The notes below the pieces were generated by a model that was given only the letters and a program-made list of their open reading frames with translations, did no database searches and was not told the DNA's origin. Source: Gracilinanus agilis (Eukaryota). From it: DNA of 64,000 bases. Shown here one piece after another: positions 51,730 to 62,640 of this stretch. The stretch's first letter is position 1, and each line of letters begins with the position of its first letter. Position numbers and translations under genes: made by a program. Location: NCBI RefSeq assembly GCF_016433145.1, contig NC_058133.1, positions 333,419,959 to 333,483,958 on the forward strand, written 5' to 3'.

Positions 51730-52668
51730 TGTTATGGTCCCAAAACTCTATTCTTAATATAAATAGCCTCTGATTTATTGTGGCGTCCATGTTTCTGAGA
51801 AGGGTTCAAGCTGCATCACAGAATTCCATAGTGCCCCCCAGAACTCTAAGAGAGGGGACAGTTAAGGGCAGTTGGAGTCCTGGTAAAAAAAAGCCAGGTC
51901 ACCCCTCTTGCAAGGGGTCCTGACTCTTGGCTCTTAGCTCAGGGCAGAGATACTCTGTGTAGCTCCTAGGGCTGGGACAGTCTCTGACAGCCAGGGTTGC
52001 TTATTTGATAGCAACCTCAAAGATAGACCTTCAAGCAAGATAACAATCTACCTTTAGTTTAGCTATTTAGGTTTTAGAAGGAAGATTATTTAAGGGCTTA
52101 GATAGGAGTTCAGCCATTCAAGATACATTTCCCCCTTGCTGGGGAAGTGCTGCTCATTTTAACATAGCTGATTTTAGATAGCTTCCCCTAACCTCTCATT
52201 CCTAAATAATTTCCCTTCTTCCTGTTCCCAGAAACCATTAAACCCTTACCATTTAGAAGCTGTGCCTGGATACAAATAATTTGGGGAGATACTCACATCC
52301 TCCATAAGCCAAGTTCCTCTTTCTAGTGACTCTGAAGTTGATCCTAGCTTCAGAGCCAGTGGGCTGCTCCTTAGACAACAAGCCTCATATATTTCTATCC
52401 TGTGGGGGAGTAATTTAGACAAAGAAAGTTATTATCACAAGGGTTTAGTCTCTATCCACTTAACATCTTGAATAACCTCCATAACCAGCTCTGAAAGTAT
52501 TCTGTTAACTGATTTCCAACTGCTTACAGGGTGGAGGGAGGTGAAGGAGTACTCCACGGGCTCTTGCCCCTCCCATCCAGTCAAGTTTACCTGCTTCTCC
52601 TCTAATCTGGGACAGGGGAGTATCCATTGCCATCTGACCCCTAATTTACAATTTACCCTAATCCTACA
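51730..52668 (+). mobile_element. 5' LTR of an ERV-like element (~940 bp)
   Basis: TGTTAT..CCTACA termini, ATTAAA at 52237-52242, immediately followed by a PBS and gag. Confidence 0.8.
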
Positions 52669-52671
52669 GTT

Positions 52672-52689
52672 TGGCCAGCCAGCCTAGGA
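52672..52689 (+). other. primer-binding site, tRNA-Arg-like
   Basis: TGGCCAGCCAGCCTAGGA, 3 nt after the LTR end, vs recalled complement of tRNA-Arg(ACG) 3' end TGGCGAGCCAGCCAGGAG (1 mismatch, 1 insertion). Confidence 0.7.
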
Positions 52690-52719
52690 TTTTTTGAACC
52701 TGAGGGTGAAAGTTTCATC

Positions 52720-55186
52720 ATGGCTAACCCTCTTAACAGAATGCTTGTCATGCTAGGGTGCACTTCAGTGCTGCTTTACAGTCTTTGGAGAGCATGTTCA
52801 ACTCTCTGGCTTGTTATAATCCCTCAGTTTTTCATAGAAGTTTTTAGGGTATATGACTCATGCAATAGCTGACCATACCCCTGAGAGAAGCTCTGGCCTA
52901 CGTACCATCAGGGATGGCCATGAAAGAATCATTCTATGGGGCTTTTATGCTATTGGGGAAGTTTTTAAGCTTTACTTTGGGGAAGGCAGAAGTCACTAAC
53001 CTGGCTATGGAAATTGTAATAGACAAATGAAGGTGTTAATAGAAATAAACAAGCAGATAAGGGAAGGCAAGGAGCTAGATGCACAGACCATCATGCAGCT
53101 AGAAGTAATTGTGGGAACAGTTTTAACAAATAATAAAAAAAGCAAAAAAAAAAAAAAAAAAAGGCCAATGAGACAACCAACACTGAACAACAAGTTATAG
53201 GGGCTGAAGTAGCTCTTGACACCATTTTACCCATTGCAGATAGTACTATAATTCAGCCAGATTCGGGGATTGTGCATGTGAAGGGCTATAAACCATTCTC
53301 TGGGGGTGATATAGAAATTTTGAAGAGGAGGTTTCCCCAGTTCTACATAAATCTACATAAGTGGATCAAAGAATACAAAAGGACTGTCTGTTTGTATAAT
53401 CCCCACCTTTGAAGATGTGGAGTTGCTTTTGTCAGAACTGTACACCCCTAGTGAGAAAAAGTTTATAGCTGAGACTAGGAGCAATCCCAACCTAGCCTCT
53501 TGGCCAGAACAACATCAAGACTTGGAGTTATTGTCCCATGCCAACATGGCATATCTGAAACATTGTAGGGAAGATTTGGCAGAAGCGATGTGTCTGCATG
53601 CACGTCACTCCAATGCACGGGGATCCTTTGAAAAGCTTAGGCAAGGGGAAGAAGAGCACACAAGCCTTCATTTAGATAGGCTCTTGGAAGCTGGAGAGAC
53701 AATTTTAGGCTTTAGGGACATGACAACTGAGGATAACATTCAATACTTTAGGCATCAGTTTGTAAAAGGTAGTGCAATTCCCATTCAATCATACTTTAAG
53801 TTGCATTGCCCAAATTGGGAGACCATGCCCATTGAAGAACTTAGGAAGACAGCAGCCTATGTTCATGAATCAAGGGAAACTGAGCCTAAACAGTCTAAGG
53901 CCTCAGAAAAAGACAATGAGATAGCCCACTTGAAAAGACAACTGAAAGAGGCACAAAAGGCAAAATAAATTGAGGAGATAAAGAACATAGCTCTAATGTC
54001 ACATAATCAGAGGAGCCAGAGTAGGCCAAGACAATCCTTCAATAATAATAATAACAACAACTCTGTGAAAAGATGTTTCCTGTGCCAAAAATTGGGCCAT
54101 ATTGTCAGGGACTGTAGATTCAAGTCACAAATAAATTTTAACAAGAATAATTACAACAGCAGCAATAGAAGAAATACCTATTATAATTCTAGATATAATA
54201 ACAACAACAACAAAGACAGTAACACAAAATATAATGACAGAGTAAAACCAAGATGTTGTGATCATACCTGTTCTAGCTTTAATAATTCCCCTAGTTTGTC
54301 CAAGATGGAAGGATATGTGTCCCAAGGAGTGAGACCACGTACTAATTTATGAATTGAGGAAGCAGCATTAGTTGTTGCAGTAACAGACAAGGGCAATGGC
54401 AATGATGAGATAGAGAAGAATGAGAAAGAGAAACTAGGAGAAGTCATAAATTATGGGCTGGTGGATGTAACACAAAGTTACAAGGGAAGGACTGAAGAAG
54501 AGTTGCAGATGGAGTATGATATATTAGAAATAAAAGAGAGGATTTATGGGAAGAAAAACAGTAATTTGGGGAGTAATGAAAGAAAAGCATTTACATCTAC
54601 ACAAAATCTTGATTCAAGCTTGAAGGAAGTAGCATTCATTAATTCTATCTGTACTAGAGAAGAAACATCATTATGTAGTAAGGCCTTCGATCATTTTAAT
54701 CAATCAGTAGTACAGCAAGGCAAAACAACAAGGGCAATGATTTTAGACAGGTCTTCTGATGGGGATCTTATAAAGACAGACATTGTCAACAAGGGAGATA
54801 GGCTCCCTCAGACCATTGAGAAGGAAAGTGCAAAATTCTCAGACACAGGCACAATCTCTTCTCCATCACCAGCTAGAGAAGCTAAAAGGGTAAGTGAAAA
54901 GTCTAGTTGCTACAATGACAAAGAGACTTTATAGTTGGATCCCAATGCTAAGGAATTCTTACCAAGCTTAGCTCAGGGACATTTGCATCAAGATGTAGCA
55001 TACTTTCAAGCCTGCGAAACTCCAAAAAGAGCTGCCTTTGGAGTAAATTCTGAGTCAATGCATTTAAAGGAATTTCAATTCAAAAAATGTCAGGTATGTA
55101 GTGCAGGCATTCCTGTCTTTACTTTACAAATAGGGAAACAGACTCAGTTTCCCTTGACTCATGAACATAGACCGCTGTCTTCCTAA
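52720..55186 (+). pseudogene. gag: disrupted class I ERV-like gag with long C-terminal extension; no pro/pol/env
   Basis: p30-like CA (YKPFSGGDIEILK..YNPTFEDVELLLSELYTPSEK), MHR (LRQGEEEHTSLHLDRLLEAG), CCHC knuckle CFLCQKLGHIVRDC; ORFs 53417, 53996, 54461 and 54935 share one frame separated by single stops; frameshifts near 52840, in the 53144-53162 A-run and at the 53401-53404 C-run. Confidence 0.9.
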
Positions 55187-55248
55187 GTACTTCAATGGGC
55201 ATTGTCTCCCACTGTGGGCAATGCAACTTAAAGTAATGACATTAAGAC

Positions 55249-55290
55249 TGTTAATGTCTTATCTTAATACAGATAGCCTCTGATTTTTGT
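55249..55290 (+). mobile_element. start of putative 3' LTR; only ~40 bp match the 5' LTR
   Basis: TGTTAATGTC..TCTTAATACAGATAGCCTCTGATTTTTGT vs TGTTATGGTC..TCTTAATATAAATAGCCTCTGATTTATTGT at 51730; no PPT seen. Confidence 0.5.
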
Positions 55291-57659
55291 ATTTCCTTTT
55301 AGTAAAGGGACAGCCGAGAGGCTGTAGGAACGGTTCTTGGGAGTTCCTCCCATATTATATAGACCCCACCACCAGACCCATCCAAGGTAGTATCTGTTAG
55401 AAGGAGAGGAAATAGATGAAAAGACTAAAAACCATGAAGGTCTCTAAGATATGACCTATTATTTGGGGTCCCAGATTGGGGTCCCCCCATTTTTTAATCC
55501 TATTTCCTCACTTACAAAGCCACTTTACCATTTGTTTCATAGGATAACTCTCCTTTTTCATACTTCCTTGTTGCCCACTCTAGTAGGTACATCCAAGTTC
55601 AGGTCTAGCACATCCAGGTTGAAGTACTTCCCTTCATTACAGACAATGACAAAGGCATTTAAAGATGGATTATGGTCCTTCTTTAGTTGAATTGTTGATA
55701 AAGTACCAACTAGATATTCAGGAGAGATACATAATTGTCTAGTTGTGTAGATTCTTGTCCTGAAGGCGTGTAATCTATATGGAAAGATAATTCTTTTAAC
55801 ATTGGTAAAACAACATGGGGCTTTACCCAATCATGAGGCAGCAGAACTGGCAACAGAACCCAAGACTTATGGCTCTAAACAGAATGGAATGCTTCACACC
55901 CTTTTATTTAACTGAAAAATTAAATCACTGTGAAACCACAGCCTGGAAATGCTCAGTCAAACCACACATGCACATAATCAAAACAAAGCAAACAACCTGG
56001 CTTCTTTTCATTTCCTCATCAGTAGGAGGCAACATTCTACAATGGAGAATGGAGCAATAAATTGGGAGTCCTAGGACTGGATCCACATCCTACTCTGTCC
56101 CTTCCATGTGTGTTCTTGAGCAAGTCACACATTCTTTCCAGACTTCAGTTTTCTCATCTGTAAAAGGAGGGGATTGAACAAAGTGATCTCCAAGGATGCT
56201 TTCAACTCAAAAGCTATTATTCTCTGATCCTGTGATCTTTTCTCATCCTGATCACCTATGAAGTATAGCTATTAAGGCATTTTAGATGAGACTGATTTCC
56301 ATGATCTTCCTCCCTGCCTCCTAAACAAATCTTATTGCTTTGTGGTCTCAGAATGTCCCTTTAGTTCACTGAGTTTTTCTCAGTGCCTTGCACCATGGTA
56401 GGTGCTTAATAAATGCTAAATTGAATTTATTTCAATTCAATTCAATTGAATTTCCTCTAGGGAAGCAGGGTAGAAAGAGCGCTCAACTGGGAGCTTAGAA
56501 TCTCTCGATTTCAGTCTTGGCTGTGCCACTTAGGAGCAGCCTTGGAAGACTGGGTCAATCTTTTAACCTCTCTGAATCTCTGTTTCCCTATTTGTAAAGT
56601 GAAGACAGGAATGCCTGCACTACATACCTCACAGGTTGCTATGAAGAAAGTGCTTTGTGAACTGTAAAGGGCCATATAAATGGGAGCTGTTCTGTCTTTC
56701 TCTCTTGGTTTCTTTCATTTGTTAAAACACTAAGCTGAATCCTATCTAAGTTTGACCTCTGCAGCCTATCGATCTGTCTGTCTCTCTCTACCTGCCTTGG
56801 ATGTCATCCATTTGTAGAGTGACAGGCAATAGTATAGGCACAATTTCATTGTGATTGTACACTTATCCCCTGAATGTAGTTATGGATTGAATTGTTAGAA
56901 AAGGAAATATAGGATATGGACAGTTGTCTTTGCACCTTCCTGTACTGTCAGAAGACATAATTTTCTTGTTGCTCTTCTGTGTTTTCTCCCTTGGGATCCT
57001 CTTCTCCAAAATATATCTGTATTGGCAGGTGGCAGACATGCTGACATTTGTGGTACAAACAAGATTTAGAGATGAAACACCAAAATGGACTGTCAACATT
57101 TTCCAACCTTATCTTCTGTAAAATACAGTACAATTTTTAAAATGCTCTTTTTATCATCGATTACATTCTGACATTTGTCCCTCATATCTTTGTAAAACAA
57201 CCATGGTCAAAATCACTGAAAGGCAAAGCTCGGTTAATTTCTATCTGAAAATATAATGAATCCACATTTCTGTTTATCACACAAAAAAGTTTTATGGTTC
57301 ATTTCCTGACATAAAAATAATTCTTAGCTATAGTACCCATCATAAAATGAATGATTATAACTTAATATGAAGTTATTCCAACAGATGGCTTTCATTATGA
57401 AAATATATGATAGGAGTAGCTTTTTATATGAAGGTAAGAACCAACACTAGTGGATAGGCAAAGAAGGCAGCTGCTAAGGGCATACATAGTATGTCAGAGA
57501 ACTCAAAAAGGAACAATTCTTAATATTTTTTTAAAAAGTAAAATTTTAAGGAAATATCTTTTGCTTTTATATCACCTAAATCTCCTTTTATCCATTCCTT
57601 TTCTTCCCTCCCAGAGAATCATCCCACATAGCAATGAATATTTTCTTAATATTTCTTTT

Positions 57660-57840
57660 TTTCAAATCTTTACCTCCTGTCTTAGATACTAAGGATTGGT
57701 TCTAAGGCAGAAGAGCACTAAGGTCTAGGCAATTGGGGTTAAGTGATTTGCCCAGGGTCACATAGCTAGGAAGTGACTGAGACCATATTTGAACCTAAGA
57801 CTTCCCTGACTCTCTATCCACTGAACCACCTTGCTGACGT
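57660..57840 (-). mobile_element. marsupial CORE-SINE
   Basis: GGTTCTAAGGCAGAAGAG..GCCCAGGGTCACATAGCTAGGAAGTG. Confidence 0.85.
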
Positions 57841-58218
57841 TTAGTGTTACTTTCAAAAATAACAACACATCAGTTTTTCTTATCCAAAAATTCTGTTCTC
57901 CTTAGCATTTATTTTTGTAATCAGCAAAATCATAGTTGTCACAGAAATGGTACATAGAAAAGGAAATCACAATGAGGTGTAATTCTCAAACATGATATTA
58001 AACACACAAATATCTTACCTTATCTAGACAATTATTAAAGCTGTATATTGAGAAAAACATAACGAGAAAAACTTGAGTGCAAGCCAAGACCAATTAGTAG
58101 CTGTATTTCTCTGGAGCTCAGAGTGGTTGGTACTTCTCACAGCTATACATTAAGCACATTCTATAGAAACCCTTTAGACTTCCCTTGCTCATTCTTGGCT
58201 AATGAAATAGCAGGGAAC

Positions 58219-58260
58219 TGACCTTTGGACTATAGGGAAAAAATGAAGCACTTTGGACCC
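58219..58260 (-). promoter_or_regulatory. candidate tandem HNF4/DR1 sites
   Basis: minus-strand AGTCCAAAGGTCA (58219-58231) and GGGTCCAAAGTGC (58248-58260); motif match only. Confidence 0.3.
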
Positions 58261-58959
58261 ACTTCAATGAATTTTCTTGATCAGTAAAGGGAGTAGGCTT
58301 AGTTGGAGGTTCCGATAATTGGCATGGACTATAAAATGAATATATTTTTTCCTTCTAAAATACATTAGCAAATGGAAGGATTTTCAGACCTTAATCATAA
58401 CCATTCACTAATCTATCTTAGAGGGGGAAATATATTCAATTTATGGTCTATGCCAATTACTGGTACCTCCAACTACTTACCCCCTTAATCTCCTTCTTAC
58501 CACTTAATCTCTTTCTAATTGAACTTGATTATTTCCTCAGCCCTCACTCTGGACTTGGTCTACAAATATTTGTTGACTCTTCTTCTAAGTGGGAGATAAA
58601 CACACAAAAAAGACAGTCCCTTCCATAAAAAAGGATACTCTTGCTTGAATTTCTTCCCTTGTGAATAACTCTCAGTTCTGCATCTCTAAATTAATCTGCC
58701 TATGGACTATCAGCCCTCACATGCCTTAAATTCAACATAGCCCAAAACAGAATTCAATCTTTCTTCACATCTTCCTCAAACCAGCTCTTTCAAAATTTTT
58801 CTTTCAAGTAGTGAAATCTAAGCTATCAATAACCATATGAAAAAATTCTAATGATTAAAGAAATTGACATTTAAAAGCCATGAGATTCCACCTGATACCT
58901 GTCAGATAGATGAAGCTGACAAAAGAGGAAAATGATAAAACAAGAAAGTAAGATAAGCC

Positions 58960-59640
58960 AACCAGCTTTTGTTAAGCACCTACTATGTGCTGGGGATACA
59001 AAGAAAGACAAAAACTACCTACTCTCTGAACACTCACAGCCTAATGGGGGATGCAACATGCAAACAATTATATATAAACAAGATATGCATATATCTTGAT
59101 TATCTCTAGTTTATCTCATATATATGAAAAAAGTATTTATATATATAAAATAAATGAGAGATAATCGTAGAAGTCACTAACTTTATGGGAGACCAGAAAA
59201 AAGCTTCTTATGGAGAATTCTCTTGATAATAACCAGAGAAGCCAGGAAGCAGAGATGACAGGGAGAAAACTTCAAACATAGGAAATAGCCAGAAAAAAGA
59301 CAGAGTGAAGAGATGGAGTGTTTTATACAAGGAAGAGTAAGGAGGCCAGTGTCATTGTATCATAGAACATATGGAGAGGAATAGGATATAAGAAGACTGG
59401 AAAGGCAGGAAAGGAGATGAGGTTATGAAGGATATAACAACCAGAGGATTTTCTACTTTATGCTTATGTCGTGAGGACCACTGAGGTTTATTGAAGGGAG
59501 GAAGATGGTTATGTGTGACATGGGGAGACCTGTGCTTTGAGAAGCTTACTGATAGCTGAATGGAAGAGCAATCAGAATGGGGAGAGACTTGAAGCAGGGA
59601 GATCAGAGGGCTATTTCAGTAGTGCAAACATGAGCCAATG
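58960..59640 (-). mobile_element. L2 fragments
   Basis: TTGTTAAGCACCTACTATGTGCTGGGGATAC.. and purine-rich body. Confidence 0.7.
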
Positions 59641-59694
59641 AGGACCTGTATTAGGGTGGTGGCAGTAGCAGAGGATAGAAAACTGCATATGTTG

Positions 59695-60240
59695 GCTGCT
59701 TATTTGTTGTCCTTCACACTTGAAGAGGACCAAAATGACATCACCAAAATGACAAAGGGTGATGTCTTTTGGCTTAGGCATAAATTGAGTTTAAGTGAGG
59801 CAGAGTTGCTCAATGTCATCAGCTTCACTCTCTCTTCCAGAGTCATTGAAGTCCAGAGGCAAGACTGAAGTCAAGATGATGGGTGATGGTTTGTAAAGCA
59901 GTGGATGACCTTGGGTTCTTCAAAGTCTAATCAAACTTTAAGTTACTCCACAGTGCCTGCTTCTGTTGCCTTCATGGCCATTAGAATAAATGGTTCTCAT
60001 CTACCCCTTCTTCTGGGCAAAGTCTTCACATGCTTATGGCATGTGATGGGTCTGAGGCCTGTTGGTTACCCTCAGTCTGGTTTAGTGTACCTGCAGAGAC
60101 AGTTGACCAAGGTATGGCTGCTGTGCATGCTATAACTTGGAGCCATAGGTGAGAGTTGAATGAAAGGTGGACACCAAAGGTGAATGAACAGCCCCCAAAA
60201 GGGTTTAGTTGCTAGGCAGTAAGAACTATGATATTTCAGA
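59695..60240 (+). mobile_element. MAR2 / RTE-related marsupial element
   Basis: GTCCTTCACACTTGAAGAGGACCAAAATGACATC..AAGTGAGGCAGAG..CTCTCTTCCAGAGTCAT. Confidence 0.7.
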
Positions 60241-60900
60241 GGGGAGATATTACTGTGGTACTTGATTACAAAGGTTATCCCCAAAAATCTGAGCCCTAAA
60301 GCTGAGTCTTTTTTGGATGAATTGGACATGGAAAGATGGAGAAGGAGAGGAGGCATTTCAAGGAAGAAAATGATCTGAGTAAAAATGGCAGAGAAGGCAT
60401 TGTATATTTAGAGGATATTGAGAGGACAGGTTCCCCTAAAGCAGTGGATGATGTAACTTCATTAAAACTGCAAGCATAGCAACTAAAAAATTTTTTCTAT
60501 AAGGATTAAAGGAATACCTACAAGAATTAAAGCAAAACATTTTTAAATGAAATAGAAAATCTAGAGGATAATTTTAGGAGAATAAGTAGCTTGGAATAGA
60601 AAGCAGTACATTTACCAAGAAGTGGAATCCCTAAAAAGTAGACAAGACTTAAATCACTGACTTCATGAAACAGCAACAAAAATTAGAACAAAATCAAAAA
60701 GACTGAAAAACAGTATAATATGTAAGATGTCAAATATCAAAAACAACTGACCCTGGAAATCAAATCAAGGAGAGATACTTTATCATTGGGAAACTTTTGA
60801 CCAAACAACCATAAACCTACTTTAACAAAACCCTGAAGCTTATATCAGTCTGAACAATGATCAAGAAATTCAATGAGAAATTATTAAAGTGACATTTTCC

Positions 60901-61092
60901 GGGGGCAGCTGGGTAGCTCAGTGGATTGAGAGCCAGGCCCGGAGACGGGAGGTCCTAGGTTCAAATCCGGCCTCAGACACTTCCCAACTGTGTGACCCTG
61001 GGCAAGTCACTTGACCCCCATTGCCCACCCTTACCACTCTTCCACCTATAAGTCAATATACAGAAGTTAAGGGTTTAAAAATAAAAAATAAA
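60901..61092 (+). mobile_element. full-length young SINE1_Mdo-type SINE
   Basis: A-box TAGCTCAGTGG (60914-60924), B-box GGTTCAAATCC (60958-60968), retained CpGs, perfect 15-bp TSD AAAGTGACATTTTCC (60886-60900, 61093-61107). Confidence 0.95.
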
Positions 61093-61599
61093 AAAGTGAC
61101 ATTTTCCACCCTAGAACTGTAGCAAAAATGAGCCAGAAGCTCAAGAGCAAGAGGTAAGATCCCTGCTTCCTTCAGTAAAGGTAGTGCTAGCATCTCCCAG
61201 TGAAACCAGAAGTAGGAAAATGAAGAACCTGCAAGGCTTTTCCTCTAGAGAAAAAAAGAGTAGAGGACTTGTCTGAATAAGTATAGACAGATAAGTCCAA
61301 GGGAAGGCAGAAAGCACTGAGGTAGGGATAGCAGGAAGCAAAGATCATGGTGCCATAGTGCTAAGACCAGAAAACCCAGCCTATGTACTCTGAGGTTCCT
61401 GTCAGTCTGTCCCAAGATGCCAGGCTATGAAGATCTAGTGTACTTTTACCTTCAAAGATATAGGGGCGTCTAACTCTCCTGGAGGTGTAGAGGTCAGCAA
61501 AAGAATTCACAGAGCCAGAACAGTACCACAAATTGACTATCATACCACAAAATGGCTCAGAGGTCAGAGTTTGATCCTATCACAAAACCTCAATTCAGG

Positions 61600-62640
61600 A
61601 ATTAAAACTAGAAAAATGAGCAAATTTTTAGGAATACCACCAGGTCTAAAAAATATATTGCAAATATAATTTCCATAATAATTGCAAAAAGGAACTTTTA
61701 AAGAAAAAAGTAGATTTTCTCCCAGGATTACATGAATACTTAGAAAAAATGAAGCAAGAACTAATAAGTGAAATAATTTCCCCTGAGGAAAAATTAGAAT
61801 GAGAACATTAGTAGCTTAGAAAAAAAATGGTGGACTTTACCCAATAAATGAACAGTCTGGAAACTAGAATGTAACAAACAGAAATCGATTACTCAATGAG
61901 ATAGCAAGAAATATTAGAATAAATCAAAAGCCTGAAAAATAGGAGAAATAAAAGATATTTGATAATAACAAAAAAAATTGACCTGGAAAATGGGTCAGAG
62001 ATGGATCACTTAAGAATTATTAGACTCCCTAAAAACCATGATTTTTTTAAAGCTTTTACATTATATTTCAGGAAATTATAAATGAAAACTGCTCAGATTT
62101 ATTAGAACCAGCAGCAAAATATAGATGAAAGGAATTCCCCAAAGGAAAAGTCATAGCCAAAATCCAGACCTTCCAATACTATGAGTATCCACAAAGGAGT
62201 TCAGGTGCCAAGAAATAACAGATCACACATGACCTTCTATTATAAATGAGAAATGATATTGGAATATAATATTTTAAAAGACAAAAGTTACAGGCCAGTA
62301 ATCAAGAATAAATTTCCCTGTAAAGCAAAGAGTAATCCTATAGGAGGGGATAGATATTTAATGGAATAGAGGACTTTAAAGCATTTCTGATGGAAAGACA
62401 AGACTAGAGCTGAGAAGGACTTTGAAATACAAACTCAAGAGGCTTGAGAAATCTAGAAAGGTAAATTTATTTGACCAATTAAAGAGGACTTTATAATATA
62501 GTACTAATCCTCTAATAGGACTGATTCAGAATGGAATGAGAATTAGGAGAACCATTCATATAAGAAGAGTAACATTGTAAGAAAAGCAGCTTTGAAGGAT
62601 TGAAGAACTCTGATCAATGCAAAAACCAATGTATCTACTG
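61600..62640 (+). mobile_element. degraded L1/HAL1-like ORF1 region joined to 3'UTR-like sequence
   Basis: coiled-coil-type A-rich body, AAAGTCATAGCCAAAATCCAG (KVIAKIQ) ORF1 CTD-like motif; no ORF2 seen. Confidence 0.6.

Noticed and set aside
55085-55170. CQVC..HEH as a second zinc finger in the Gag tail
   Set aside because: Spacing fits no standard CCHC, C2H2 or integrase HHCC motif; cannot support without a consensus
55558-55830. 90-aa minus-strand ORF beside the ERV, considered as env or an accessory gene
   Set aside because: No signal peptide, furin site, CX6CC or TM segment; starts outside the element
60901-60975. tRNA-like A/B boxes
   Set aside because: SINE head; no complete cloverleaf, not a tRNA gene
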